From contig JBDRNC010000038.1 in NCBI GenBank assembly GCA_043811535.1, forward strand, positions 1 through 64,000: a DNA stretch of 64,000 bases, written 5' to 3'. Positions 26,976-37,413 of the stretch are shown piece after piece (positions within the stretch are counted from its first letter, which is position 1; each line of letters opens with the position of its first letter). The notes beneath the pieces are model-generated. The model did not search any database. It had not been told where the DNA came from and saw nothing but the letters and a program-made list of their open reading frames with translations. Origin of the DNA: Elusimicrobiota bacterium (GTDB taxonomy: Bacteria > Elusimicrobiota > Endomicrobiia > Endomicrobiales > JBDRNC01). The position numbers were made by a program, and so were the translations under genes.

Positions 26976-29342
26976 ATGAGCGACAATGCGCCAAGAAGCT
27001 ACACCACTTACGGAGAATTTTCAAAGGACGGGATGGAATTCGTGTTCAAGCGGCCTGACACGCCGCGTCCGTGGATCAATTACCTGTCAAACGGCGAATA
27101 CTGCCTGCTGCTGTCCCAGACAGCCGCGGGTTTCAGCTTTTACCTTGACGCCGAACAGAACCACCTGACAAGGTGGGAACCTGCCGGGTATCTCAAGAAC
27201 GAGCCCGGAAGATTTGTTTACGTCCGGGACGAGCAGACCGGCAAATACTGGTCGGCGACCCAGTCAAAGGATAAATATCAATGCAGGCACGGGCTGGGCT
27301 ACACTGTAGTCAAGGCTGAAAGCGAGCAGATAGAAACTGAAATAACTTACTTCGTCCCAGACGGTCTTCCGGCGGAATTATGGATAGTGAGGATGCGCAA
27401 CAACGGCGTTTCAAGGCGCGAGCTGAAGGTCTTCCCGTTCATTGAATGGCAGCCGGGGCATTTTTTTTCGGATCTTTCCATAAGGAACATCCATGTTCTG
27501 ATGAACCGCGGAACTTACGACGAGAAAAATGAAGCGGTTTTCATATCCAGATATCCTTGGGGCAACAGGCCATGGCCCTACGAGGCTTTCATGGCGGTAA
27601 ACCTTCCGGTCAAGTCGCACGAAACCGACTACGAGACTTTCATCGGCAGGTACGGAACGTACGCCGCGCCGCAGGCCGTGGTAAACGGAACATGCTCGAA
27701 CTCGGGCGACATCATGGGTGTCAATATGGTGGGTGTTCTGCAGTCTGAGCTGGCGCTTGATCCCGGCCAGGAGAAAACATTCGTCGTTTGCGCGGGCGTC
27801 TCTAAGAGCCGGGCCCGGAACCTTAAGATCATACAGAAATGCCGCGACGAGAAATTCGTTGCCGTCGAACTTGAGAAAACAAAGGCGGAATGGCGCAAAA
27901 CCATAACGGATAACGTCTGGGTGGAAACCCCCGACAAGGATTTCAATACGGCTGTCAATGTTTGGCTCAAATACCAGACCGTAATGAACAACCATTGGGG
28001 CAGGTCGCACACTTTCTTCCATGAAGGCGGAGGAGAGTTCGGGTACAGGAACACGTCGCAGGACGCGTGGGCTATGGTTTCTATAGACCCGGATTACGCG
28101 AAAAAGCGCATGATAAAACTCGCGGAGCACCAGCGTAGGAACGGGCAGCCGCTCCCGGGATGGTCGCTGCAGAACGGGCCGACATCGCACAAGCCCCCGT
28201 CGGATTTCCCGATATGGCTGCCGATGCTCATACTTCAATACGTCAAGGAGACCGGCGACGTCAAGATATTGAAGAAAAAAGTTAAATTCCACGGCGGCGG
28301 GTCAGCTTCGCTTTACGAGCACGCGAAAAGAGCGACCTATTTCCTCCAGCACATATCAAAAAGCAGGCGCGGGCTTCCGCTCATGGGAACGCAGGACTGG
28401 AACGACGCTTTAGATATGACAGGCGTCCGGGGCAAGGGCGAGAGCGTATGGCTCGGTATGGGGCTTTGCGTGGCCCTGAAGAACATGCAGGAACTCGCTG
28501 CTTACGTCAATGATAACACCGAGATACAGCGTTCGAAGAAAGATTACGAGAAAATGAAGGCCATCATAAACAAATACGCGTGGGACGGCGGCTGGTATGT
28601 CTACGCTTTCAACGATTTCGGCGAGCCGATAGGCTCGAAGCGGAACAAGGAAAGCAAAATACAGCTGAATTCACAGACTTGGGCCATAATGGCCGGCCTT
28701 CCCGATCAAAAGCAGCTTAAAGGAGTGTTGAAAGTCATAGACAACGACTTAGACACGCCTTACGGCCCGGTGCTTTTCACGCCGTGCTACACGAAATATT
28801 CAGACCGCATAGGGCGCATAACGGCTTTTGCTCCCGGAACAAAGGAAAACGCGGCGATATTCTCGCACGGAGGCGCTTTTAAAGTGGTTTCAGACCTCCA
28901 TATCGGGCGCGCGGAGCAGGCGTATAGGACATTCAAACAGCTTCTCCCGATGAGCGACAACAAAGACATTGAAAAATACATGACAGAACCCTACGTTTTG
29001 GCTGAGTACCTGATCGGGCCCGGGAACCCGCGCTGCGGCGAAGGCGCTTTCACATGGCTGACCGGAAGTTCGGATTGGCTCTACGTTGCGGGTACGGAAC
29101 ATATGCTCGGTTTCAAACCTAAAATAGACGGAGTATTGTTCGACCCGTGCATCACTTCGTCATGGAAAGAATGCAAGGTCAGGCGCGTGTTCCGCGGCGT
29201 GGAATATGATATAACAATAAAAAATCCGAAAGGCGTAAACAGCGGCGTGAAATACCTGGTTGTGAACGGGCAGAAGCAGGAATCGGCTTTCGTTAAAGCC
29301 GCGAAATCCGGGCCGGTGCGGATCGAAGTAATAATGGGGTAA
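26976..29342 (+). CDS. GH94 glycoside phosphorylase (cellobiose phosphorylase-like)
   Basis: TPRPWINYL, CRHGLGYT, GYRN..QD, DWNDAL, GESVW, PGTKENAAIFSH, WLTGS. Confidence 0.92.
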   Translation: MSDNAPRSYTTYGEFSKDGMEFVFKRPDTPRPWINYLSNGEYCLLLSQTAAGFSFYLDAEQNHLTRWEPAGYLKNEPGRFVYVRDEQTGKYWSATQSKDKYQCRHGLGYTVVKAESEQIETEITYFVPDGLPAELWIVRMRNNGVSRRELKVFPFIEWQPGHFFSDLSIRNIHVLMNRGTYDEKNEAVFISRYPWGNRPWPYEAFMAVNLPVKSHETDYETFIGRYGTYAAPQAVVNGTCSNSGDIMGVNMVGVLQSELALDPGQEKTFVVCAGVSKSRARNLKIIQKCRDEKFVAVELEKTKAEWRKTITDNVWVETPDKDFNTAVNVWLKYQTVMNNHWGRSHTFFHEGGGEFGYRNTSQDAWAMVSIDPDYAKKRMIKLAEHQRRNGQPLPGWSLQNGPTSHKPPSDFPIWLPMLILQYVKETGDVKILKKKVKFHGGGSASLYEHAKRATYFLQHISKSRRGLPLMGTQDWNDALDMTGVRGKGESVWLGMGLCVALKNMQELAAYVNDNTEIQRSKKDYEKMKAIINKYAWDGGWYVYAFNDFGEPIGSKRNKESKIQLNSQTWAIMAGLPDQKQLKGVLKVIDNDLDTPYGPVLFTPCYTKYSDRIGRITAFAPGTKENAAIFSHGGAFKVVSDLHIGRAEQAYRTFKQLLPMSDNKDIEKYMTEPYVLAEYLIGPGNPRCGEGAFTWLTGSSDWLYVAGTEHMLGFKPKIDGVLFDPCITSSWKECKVRRVFRGVEYDITIKNPKGVNSGVKYLVVNGQKQESAFVKAAKSGPVRIEVIMG

Positions 29343-29346
29343 AAAC

Positions 29347-30369
29347 ATGTCAGTGCGGATGAAGGACATCGCAAAAACGCTTAACGTTTCCGTTTCCACG
29401 GTATCGAGGGTGCTGAATAACGTGGACCGCGGCAGGGTGCGGGAAGATCTCAGGAACAAAATACTGAAATTCGCCGAAAAGAACAAGTTCAGGTTCAATT
29501 ATTCGGCCCGCGCGCTGAAAAAAGGCGTTTCAAACAGCATCGGTATCGTATGTCCCTACGATATGTATCTTTTCACGAGCTACACTTCGGAAATCATCAG
29601 GGGAGTAATTGACGTCATAAACCAGCGCAAGTACGAGCTTCTTTTCCTGGTTATCCCCGAAAAATCCGACCACGTGGAGCGTTTCCATGATTTCTGCGCG
29701 TCAAAAAGCGTGAGCGGGATACTTCTGCAGGGCTCTTTAATAGAACGCGAGCGCAATCTTGATATTTTCAAGGATGCGGATATCCCTTTCGTGGTCATGA
29801 ACAGCAAATGCGTCGGGAAGGACGACACTTACATAGACTGCGATAACGTGGGCGGGGCAAACGAGGCCGTCTCGCACTTGATAAAACTGGGCCACAGGAG
29901 GATACTGCATCTCCGCGGGGCCATGGAATCCACCAACGCCGAAGAAAGGTTCGCCGGATACAAAAAGGCGCTTTCAGAGGCGGGCATTCCTTTCAGAAAG
30001 GAACTTATCGTGCGGGGGGATTTCATAGAAGAGAACGCCTACAGGGAAGTAACAAGGCTCGTGAACGAGAACAGGCTGGATTTTTCGGCTATCTTCGCCG
30101 CGAACGACGGGATGGCGATAGGCGCCATGAGGGCGCTGAAAGACAAGGGCCGCAGACTGCCGGAAGACATGTCTATCATAGGGTTCGATGATATACCGCC
30201 GGCCATATACGTAGAACCGGCGCTGACAACTATCAGCCAGAACCTTTATGACGTCGGGCGCACGTCCGCCGAAGTCCTGATAGAAAAGATCGAAACAAAG
30301 GATACAAAGTCACATTCAACTATTATCCCGTATAAATTCATTCAGCGCAAATCGACCGTAAAAATATAA
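29347..30369 (+). CDS. LacI-family transcriptional regulator
   Basis: MKDIAKTLNVSVSTVSRVLN, NYSARALK, PEDMSIIGFDD, PALTT. Confidence 0.93.
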   Translation: MSVRMKDIAKTLNVSVSTVSRVLNNVDRGRVREDLRNKILKFAEKNKFRFNYSARALKKGVSNSIGIVCPYDMYLFTSYTSEIIRGVIDVINQRKYELLFLVIPEKSDHVERFHDFCASKSVSGILLQGSLIERERNLDIFKDADIPFVVMNSKCVGKDDTYIDCDNVGGANEAVSHLIKLGHRRILHLRGAMESTNAEERFAGYKKALSEAGIPFRKELIVRGDFIEENAYREVTRLVNENRLDFSAIFAANDGMAIGAMRALKDKGRRLPEDMSIIGFDDIPPAIYVEPALTTISQNLYDVGRTSAEVLIEKIETKDTKSHSTIIPYKFIQRKSTVKI

Positions 30370-30371
30370 CT

Positions 30372-30406
30372 GCGGACGGAAGACCGAATATAGAAGACGG
30401 AAGAAA
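30372..30406. repeat. 7-mer repeat remnant (GAAGACG)
   Basis: GCGGACGGAAGACCGAA...AGAAGACGGAAGA. Confidence 0.45.
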
Positions 30407-30470
30407 ATACATAAACTAATCCTCCTCGTCTGAAAGGGGAGGATTTAAATAAATAGAGGAGAGAAAATAG

Positions 30471-32834
30471 ATGTCTACGCTGAAAGGCGGGCAGTTCATG
30501 ATTGACGGAAAACCTTTTTTCATGTTGTCGGGCGAAATTCATTACTACCGCATCCCGCCGAAAATGTGGGATACGCACCTGAAACGCGCCAAAGAAGCCG
30601 GGCTTAACACCGTAAGTTCATATATCCCGTGGGGCTGGCATGAACACGCGGAAGGCCGGTTCGATTTTGACGGGAACACGCACCCCCAGCGGAACATCAT
30701 AGAATACCTCAAGAAGGTCAGGAAACACGGGTTGAAATTCATCGCGAGGGTGGGCCCCATTGCCAACGCCGAGATGCGCGGTGAAGGCATGCCCGAATGG
30801 CTCCTGAGAAACTATCCGGATGTCTACATAACCCTGAAAGACGGGAAAAAAGCCACCTGGCCCATGATGAACTACATGGACAAGACCTTCCTCCAGAAAA
30901 CGAGGAAATGGTACGACAGGATACTGCCCATAATTAAAGAGAACGAAGACCCTCAGGGATGCGTTGTTTTAGTCCAGTTATGCAACGAGATAGGCATGAT
31001 CCACTGGCTGGCGAAAGGGGCGGATTTCAGCGAAGCCACGCAGGAGATGTACAGGGATTTCCTTGAAAAAAAGTATGGAACAGTGAACAAACTTAACAAG
31101 GCGTACGGGACCGGGTACGGGGCTTTCGGCGACATCCGGCAGCCTAAGGATGGGGATTTCAGCCAGAACAAGAACATGCTCTGGGACTGGATGGGTTTTT
31201 ACCAGCACTGGTTCGCGGTATATTACAGCGAGCTCTTTAAATCATACGAATCAAAAGGGCTTAAATCACCGGTGCTCGCGAATATCCCGCAGTTTTACGA
31301 TTTTGACGTGCGCGGGCGCGGCGTGTTCAGCCCGATGACGTCAATGATGTTCAAGGATTTTCCGAAATTCGTGCCCCACGTGATTTTCGGCGGGGCGTAC
31401 CAGATGAGAAGGCTTGATTACGAGAATTTCCATGACGTAGCGATAACTTCGGAAGTGGTGAAACTGATAACCAATCCGGGGATACCCTCCGTATGCGCGG
31501 AAATGCAGACGGGGATACTCAAGGACAACCCGCGGCTCTATCCCGCGGACATAGAACTGAACCTGAAGACCTCCGCGGCCCACGGGCTCAACGGAGTGAA
31601 CTGCTACATGTTCTCGGGAGGAAGGAACGAGAAGGAGTTCGCCGGGATGGGAATGCGCCATGAATGGCAGGCGCCTGTGGCGTCGAATGGCGAAAAACGG
31701 GACCATTTCGCGCCGATAGAGGAATTCGGAAGGATTATCAGGAGTTTCGGGCCGCAGTTAAGCTCTACGGAAAAAAGTTTTGACACGGCGGTCGGATTCT
31801 ATACCCCCTACTATGAAACGGAATACCTGAGCGGCCCCGAGATAGAAAGACTCGAGAACAGGAAGATGAAATTGTTCTTCGACGGCATCGGCCGCCTGCT
31901 CCAGCTGGCCAATATTAACTATAAATTCGTGGATATAAAGAAGGCGACGCCCGAAGAATTGAGGAAGTACCCGTCAATATTCGTGTTTTCCCTGGAATTC
32001 ATGGATGAAAATACGCAGAAGAATCTTGCCGGTTACGTTTCTCAGGGAGGAAAACTGATACTTAACCCCTGCATGCCGGACAAGGACCTCAACATGGATA
32101 AATGCACCGCGCTCTCCGACGCTCTCGGCGTCGCCGACACCGGCAGGGCCGAGAAGGGATTCTATATCATAGGCAGCGAAGATTACAACGCTGAGGGCGA
32201 GCTGCACACGTTTTCGCACAACGCGTCGGCCAAGGCAGCGGCTCACGATCTGGACAACCGCCCCTGCGCGGTGCTGACCCAATACGGCAAGGGGAGCGCT
32301 CTTGTAATGGGGATGGGGATATACCACCTGTTCGACTATCACATAGACGTAATCAGGGATTTTTCGGCGATGATGGGCATAACCCCGTCCGTTAAGCTGC
32401 AGAAAGACCTGCAGGCAACTGTGCGCAGGAACAAGGATTACGGTTTTCTTTTCCTGACAAACTATAACGACGTCCCGCGCGAGACAAAAATATCAATGGT
32501 ACTACCCGGCGAAACAAAAGCAACAACGTTCCCCGCGGGCGGAAAGCTGAAGATCATGAACAGGCGCGGGTATGTCATTCCGCTGAACGTTCCGCTTCCC
32601 TCCGGCGACCGCATAAGGTACGCCGCCGCGGAAATATTTGATGTGAAGGAGAGCAAAGGGAAAAAAGAAATAGCGGTCCGCGGGGCTGGCGGCTCGCTTG
32701 TCGAAATAGAACTGATCACGTCTTCCAAAAATGCCTTTCTTGGCGGAAAAAAACTTGCTGTCAAGAGAAAAAAAGGAAGCATGCTTATACAATTTACCGC
32801 AGAAGGCAGTATCCAGAAGCTCAGCATCCGGTAA
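30471..32834 (+). CDS. GH35 family glycoside hydrolase/transglycosylase, cytoplasmic
   Basis: SGEIHYYR, AGLNTVSSYIPW..HE, RVGP, QLCNEIG, CAEMQTG, NCYMFSGG. Confidence 0.87.
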   Translation: MSTLKGGQFMIDGKPFFMLSGEIHYYRIPPKMWDTHLKRAKEAGLNTVSSYIPWGWHEHAEGRFDFDGNTHPQRNIIEYLKKVRKHGLKFIARVGPIANAEMRGEGMPEWLLRNYPDVYITLKDGKKATWPMMNYMDKTFLQKTRKWYDRILPIIKENEDPQGCVVLVQLCNEIGMIHWLAKGADFSEATQEMYRDFLEKKYGTVNKLNKAYGTGYGAFGDIRQPKDGDFSQNKNMLWDWMGFYQHWFAVYYSELFKSYESKGLKSPVLANIPQFYDFDVRGRGVFSPMTSMMFKDFPKFVPHVIFGGAYQMRRLDYENFHDVAITSEVVKLITNPGIPSVCAEMQTGILKDNPRLYPADIELNLKTSAAHGLNGVNCYMFSGGRNEKEFAGMGMRHEWQAPVASNGEKRDHFAPIEEFGRIIRSFGPQLSSTEKSFDTAVGFYTPYYETEYLSGPEIERLENRKMKLFFDGIGRLLQLANINYKFVDIKKATPEELRKYPSIFVFSLEFMDENTQKNLAGYVSQGGKLILNPCMPDKDLNMDKCTALSDALGVADTGRAEKGFYIIGSEDYNAEGELHTFSHNASAKAAAHDLDNRPCAVLTQYGKGSALVMGMGIYHLFDYHIDVIRDFSAMMGITPSVKLQKDLQATVRRNKDYGFLFLTNYNDVPRETKISMVLPGETKATTFPAGGKLKIMNRRGYVIPLNVPLPSGDRIRYAAAEIFDVKESKGKKEIAVRGAGGSLVEIELITSSKNAFLGGKKLAVKRKKGSMLIQFTAEGSIQKLSIR

Positions 32835-32845
32835 TAAAAAAAACC

Positions 32846-32897
32846 TTGACAAAAAGCCGAAAGAGGGCTATAATGTTATGGACTGCAAACGTTTGCA
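32846..32897 (+). promoter_or_regulatory. consensus promoter with LacI operator at the start site
   Basis: TTGACA 32846-32851, 17 bp, TATAAT 32869-32874, TGCAAACGTTTGCA 32884-32897. Confidence 0.88.
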
Positions 32898-32943
32898 ACG
32901 ACGGAAGAATAAATCTTGGTAAATTCGATCAAGGAGAATCAAA

Positions 32944-33567
32944 ATGCCGGTTAAAAGGTTGCTTTTGATGGTTTTGTCAGTTTCAATAGTCATTGCTGGT
33001 TTCATTTCGCTATCTTGCGCGGCGAGAATGAAGGCGAAAGCAGCGCCCGGAAACGATGTTTCTTCAAAGGAAGAAAAAAAGGGCTCAAATGCCGCAAAAA
33101 GCATCGTTGACGCGCTTGATACGATACAGGGATGGGACAAGTACGTAGATAGCGGTTCAAAGCTTGATTTAGCTTCGGTTCCGGGCAAGGAGGGAGGCGC
33201 TATCGAGGTGACATATGATATGACTGCCGGAGGATGGGTCGCATTCAACAAGACAATGGAAAAGGATTTATCCGGATGCAAGGCGGTAAGTTTCTATTAT
33301 AAGGGAATGGGCGCGGAAAATACGATTGAGATAAAGCTTGAAGACGCGGACGGCACGAGTTTTTCATACGTCGTGCCTTCAAAATCAAATGTTTCTTCAT
33401 GGCTGACTGTCCATGTGCCGGTTTATAAATTTGAATACTGCTGGGGCGAAGACAAGGAATTGAACTGGTCAAAAGTGGTCAGATTGCACTTTGCAGTTGC
33501 AAAGAGAGAAGGAGATGAAGGCGGAGCCGGCAAAGTCATATTTGGCCGGGTGGAAGCAGTAAAATAA
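32944..33567 (+). CDS. secreted CBM11-like protein
   Basis: Paralogue of 498 (IEIKLEDADGTSF, YCWGEDKELNW, DEGGAGKVIF). Confidence 0.75.
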   Translation: MPVKRLLLMVLSVSIVIAGFISLSCAARMKAKAAPGNDVSSKEEKKGSNAAKSIVDALDTIQGWDKYVDSGSKLDLASVPGKEGGAIEVTYDMTAGGWVAFNKTMEKDLSGCKAVSFYYKGMGAENTIEIKLEDADGTSFSYVVPSKSNVSSWLTVHVPVYKFEYCWGEDKELNWSKVVRLHFAVAKREGDEGGAGKVIFGRVEAVK

Positions 33568-33595
33568 CCGGTAAACTACGGCGCAATAGATTCAT

Positions 33596-33650
33596 ATCCC
33601 GTCCGCCGCGGCGGAGGGATTTCATATAAGGCAATTTAGAAACAACACTT
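33596..33650 (+). repeat. fourth copy of the 313-466 leader repeat
   Basis: Hairpin TCCGCCGCGGCGGA then GGGATTTCATATAAGGCAATTTAGAAACAACACTT. Confidence 0.7.
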
Positions 33651-33671
33651 TTGGAATTCAAGGAGCTCCAT

Positions 33672-36600
33672 ATGAGTTTTTCTGAATCAAGATACTTTTT
33701 GGCCGGAATTTTTGTACTCTTTTTTGTGTTTGCCGTAAAAGGGCAGGTTTTTGCCGGGCGCGAAATCATGAAACTTTCCGGTCAATGGGAGCTCCAGCCG
33801 GGAGAAGAGAAGCCCGATAAATTTACGTACACGGTGCAGGTTCCGGGGCTGGTAGACCTTTCAAAGCCGTCCCTGGACCCGAAATCCGGCAGTTACTTCT
33901 GGTACAAAAAAACATTCACGCTGAAGGGCGCGCAGAAGAAAAGACGGGCATTCGTAAAAATAGAGCAAAGCCAGTTCGGCACGGACGTGTATTTGAACGG
34001 AAAACTTCTGGGAGGATACAAGGGCTGCTACACGTCGCACGAGTATGACGCCTCCGCGGCGCTGAATTACGAAGGTGAGAATATCCTGCTGGTAAGGGTA
34101 GGAGCGAAAGAGACCTTGAAGGAAGGCGAAAGCGCGGTCGGGATAGACTGGGAAAGGATATCGTGGCTGCCGGGGATCTGGGGGGACGTGTGGCTGTATT
34201 TTACGGGAGACGTTAAGATCTCCTTGGTGCAGGTGATACCGAAGATAGATTCGTCTTCGGTGGTTCTTAGAATAACGCTGAAAAATACGGGAAACAGTTC
34301 CATGTCCGGAAAAGCCGCGATCAGGATTTTAGAAAAAGTATCCGCGAAAAAATCGGGCGAAAGCGCCGTGGAATACAATATGGGCCCGGGAGCGGAGCAG
34401 GTTCTGGAAAAGGAAGTGAAGATTTCCGGAATGAAACTGTGGTCGCCCGAGACGCCGTTCCTCTATGAAGCCTCGGTCAGCCTGGAAGGAGCCGCCGCGG
34501 ACAGCTATAAAACGGCGTTCGGCATGCGGGAATTCAAGATCGTAAAGAAGCATTTTTACCTAAACGGGAAAAGAATAATACTGAAAGGCAGCAACATAGC
34601 ATTCCACAGGTTTTTGTCGGATTCCGACAGGAAAGGGCTTGTCTGGGACGAGACGTGGATAAAGAAGGCCCTCATAGACATCCCGAAAGCCCATAATTTC
34701 AATTTCTTCCGCAACCATATCGGTCAGATGTACAACAGGTGGTACGATATTGCCGACGAATACGGGATGCTTCTTCAGGACGAATGGCCTTTCTGGTCAT
34801 GGCCGAACGGTTCCAAGGACGTAATCCGCGCCGAGTTCACGCAGTGGGTGAAGGATAACTATAACCATCCCAGCATAATCATCTGGGACTGCCTCAACGA
34901 AGCAAACTACGACAAACCCGACAGGCTTCCGATGATAGATTTTGTCAGGCACGACCTTGTAAGCGAGATGAAGAAACTTGACCCCACCCGGCCCTGGGAG
35001 CCCACCGATTTTGAGGAGATACATCCCTACATTTATTCTTGTCATTCAGTTTTAGGGATTCAGGAAACGGGAGGGCTGGGTTTCATAAACAGCATCGAGA
35101 AATGCGCTACACCGGTCGTCCTGAACGAGTACCTGTGGTTCTGGATAGACAAGAACGGTAACCCGTCGAACCTTACAAAGGAAGTCGCGCCCAGGTGGCT
35201 CGGCAGGAACGCCACATCCAGGCAGCTGCTTGATTTTCAGGCGTTTCTCGCGCAGGAACTCACGGAACTTTGGCGGAGGATGGACGCGGATGAGATAGCC
35301 CCGTTTGTTTATATAAGTGTCAACGAAGGCGCCACATCCCACTGGTTCAACGGGGATATAAAGGACCTGAATCCTAAGCCGATCCTCGCGGCGCTGAAGA
35401 ATATCTTCGCCCCGATTTCCGTAAGCGTTGAGCTTTGGGACAGGCATTTCTACTCCGGAGAGAAAAGAAAAGTGAACGTATTCATGTTCAACGACAATGA
35501 TTCTTCCAGAAAATGCCGTCTCATCTGTAAAATTGTTGACGGAAACGGTAATCCGGCGTTGCCGGATGTGGAAAGGGTTATTCAAATCCCGGCTAACGGA
35601 CGGATAATAGAAAATGTAGAGCTTGTTATGCCGTCGAAACCCGGGGCATACTCTATTGAAGCCGGTTTGAGCGAAGTCGGCGGCAAAGACAAGCCTTCTT
35701 TCAGCAGAAAAGCGGCGTATGTCTTTGACGAGCCGTCGCCTTCAAAAGATATCACCGGTTTGAAGGTCATGGTGTTCGACGCGGCGGGCGAAATCAGCGG
35801 CTATCTGAAATCCAAAGGGCTGAAGATTCTTCCGTATGACGCGGGGACTCTAAGCAATTCTGATATCCTGATAATAGGGGAAGGCGGGCTTCTGGATCCG
35901 GAGTACAAAAAAAACATTGAAGCAATAAGTAAATTTGTAAAAAACGGCAATACATTGATAGTAATGGAACAGTCCGGCGGAATAAAAGGCAAACAGGATG
36001 TTCCCGTATGCGACGAAATATCCATTTTATTCGAGCCGCAGCCCTGGCGCGGAGGTGAATCGTATATTTTCATGGAAAATCCGTCCGCTCCGGTCTGGAA
36101 AAACATCGGGCAGGATCACTTGAAGATGTTCAACGGGGGATGGGGAGGGGAGGCTGTTTCGCCGTGCGATGTATTCGCGCCTCTGCCTTACAAGGTCGAA
36201 GCTGTCTGCGGGGCTGATCTGAGGATACCGGCTGTACTCGAGATGCCTTGCGGGAAAGGGCTTGTGGTATTGTCCAGACTGCAGTTAAATGGAAGGCTTA
36301 TGAAGGGGCAGTCGGGCAGTGACTTGATATTTGCGCGGCGCGCGGACCCCGTCATGCAGCAGTACCTGCTGAACCTGCTGTCCGCTTATAACCCGGCTTC
36401 GCGGAACGCAAAAGCTCTCGCGGAAGAATTGAGTAAGAAAATGGTAGTCATACGAAAAGCGGAAGTGTCCTCGACCGAGGCGAACAACGGGCCGTACGGG
36501 GCAATTGACGGCGACGCGCAAACGAGATGGTCAAGCCAGTATTCGGATCCGCAATGGATCAAGTTCGACCTCGGCCGGTCAGAAGATATTTTCGGGATAA

Positions 36601-37256
36601 AATTGTCCTGGGAAAGGGCCTGCGCGAAAGAATACCAGATACAGGTATCGGAAGACTCCAAAGCGTGGCGCACGGTGTTTAACACGCGCAGCGGGAACGG
36701 CGGGGACGAATTCATAAAGACAGACCCTCCCGTGAAGGGCCGTTATGTAAGGATGTACGGTGTAAAAAGGGCGACCGAGTGGGGATATTCTTTATGGGAA
36801 GCAAAAATTTATATAAATAAAAACGACCTGCCGGGCGACAAGCCGCTTGTCTCCGATGAAATAATCAACGCCATTAAGCCATCGGGTGCCACGGCGTCTT
36901 CAGTAGAAAGGGATGACTGCCCGGCGGGCGCCGCCGTGGACGGAGATATTCAGACGCGTTGGAGTTCAATGTCGGATTCCGACGAGCAGTGGATCGCGCT
37001 TGATTTCGGGAAACCGGTCTCAATAAGCAAGGTAAAACTGAGCTGGGAGACGGCATTCGCCGGCGAATACGAGATACAGGCGTCAAGCGACGGGGAAGAG
37101 TGGGACACCGTGTACGGAACAAAAGCCGGAAAGGGCGGGATTGAAGAGATAGTCCTGCGTAAGCCGGTCAAAAAGCGGCACTTGCGCGTCCTGTGCCTGA
37201 AAAGAGGGTCGCCTTACGGATATTCCCTTTGGGAAATTGAGGCTTCCGGCCAGTGA
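33672..37256 (+). CDS. secreted GH2 glycoside hydrolase with two C-terminal F5/8 (CBM32) domains
   Basis: LWSPETPFLY, FGMREF, NHPSIIIWDCLNE, VLNEY; two AIDGD/AVDGD..TRWSS..GYSLWE domains. Confidence 0.88.
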   Translation: MSFSESRYFLAGIFVLFFVFAVKGQVFAGREIMKLSGQWELQPGEEKPDKFTYTVQVPGLVDLSKPSLDPKSGSYFWYKKTFTLKGAQKKRRAFVKIEQSQFGTDVYLNGKLLGGYKGCYTSHEYDASAALNYEGENILLVRVGAKETLKEGESAVGIDWERISWLPGIWGDVWLYFTGDVKISLVQVIPKIDSSSVVLRITLKNTGNSSMSGKAAIRILEKVSAKKSGESAVEYNMGPGAEQVLEKEVKISGMKLWSPETPFLYEASVSLEGAAADSYKTAFGMREFKIVKKHFYLNGKRIILKGSNIAFHRFLSDSDRKGLVWDETWIKKALIDIPKAHNFNFFRNHIGQMYNRWYDIADEYGMLLQDEWPFWSWPNGSKDVIRAEFTQWVKDNYNHPSIIIWDCLNEANYDKPDRLPMIDFVRHDLVSEMKKLDPTRPWEPTDFEEIHPYIYSCHSVLGIQETGGLGFINSIEKCATPVVLNEYLWFWIDKNGNPSNLTKEVAPRWLGRNATSRQLLDFQAFLAQELTELWRRMDADEIAPFVYISVNEGATSHWFNGDIKDLNPKPILAALKNIFAPISVSVELWDRHFYSGEKRKVNVFMFNDNDSSRKCRLICKIVDGNGNPALPDVERVIQIPANGRIIENVELVMPSKPGAYSIEAGLSEVGGKDKPSFSRKAAYVFDEPSPSKDITGLKVMVFDAAGEISGYLKSKGLKILPYDAGTLSNSDILIIGEGGLLDPEYKKNIEAISKFVKNGNTLIVMEQSGGIKGKQDVPVCDEISILFEPQPWRGGESYIFMENPSAPVWKNIGQDHLKMFNGGWGGEAVSPCDVFAPLPYKVEAVCGADLRIPAVLEMPCGKGLVVLSRLQLNGRLMKGQSGSDLIFARRADPVMQQYLLNLLSAYNPASRNAKALAEELSKKMVVIRKAEVSSTEANNGPYGAIDGDAQTRWSSQYSDPQWIKFDLGRSEDIFGIKLSWERACAKEYQIQVSEDSKAWRTVFNTRSGNGGDEFIKTDPPVKGRYVRMYGVKRATEWGYSLWEAKIYINKNDLPGDKPLVSDEIINAIKPSGATASSVERDDCPAGAAVDGDIQTRWSSMSDSDEQWIALDFGKPVSISKVKLSWETAFAGEYEIQASSDGEEWDTVYGTKAGKGGIEEIVLRKPVKKRHLRVLCLKRGSPYGYSLWEIEASGQ

Positions 37257-37264
37257 GAACCTGT

Positions 37265-37276
37265 GCAAACGTTACA
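37265..37276. promoter_or_regulatory. degenerate LacI operator upstream of the c-di-GMP enzyme
   Basis: GCAAACGTTACA (9/12 match). Confidence 0.35.
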
Positions 37277-37413
37277 CCGGGCCGTTTCTAAGGGTGGCGC
37301 GCGTTGGAGCCGTATATAAAAAGCATTGAAATTAAATAGATTATTGGCTATACTTATGATGCGTAATTCCGCCAGTCCATTCTGCGCAAAACTACGATTA
37401 GGAGCTATTGCTA

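Noticed and set aside
1281..32834. GH35 genes as exo-beta-glucosaminidase GlmA
   Set aside because: N-termini look similar, but both have NE rather than the DE acid/base motif I recall for GlmA; substrate left open
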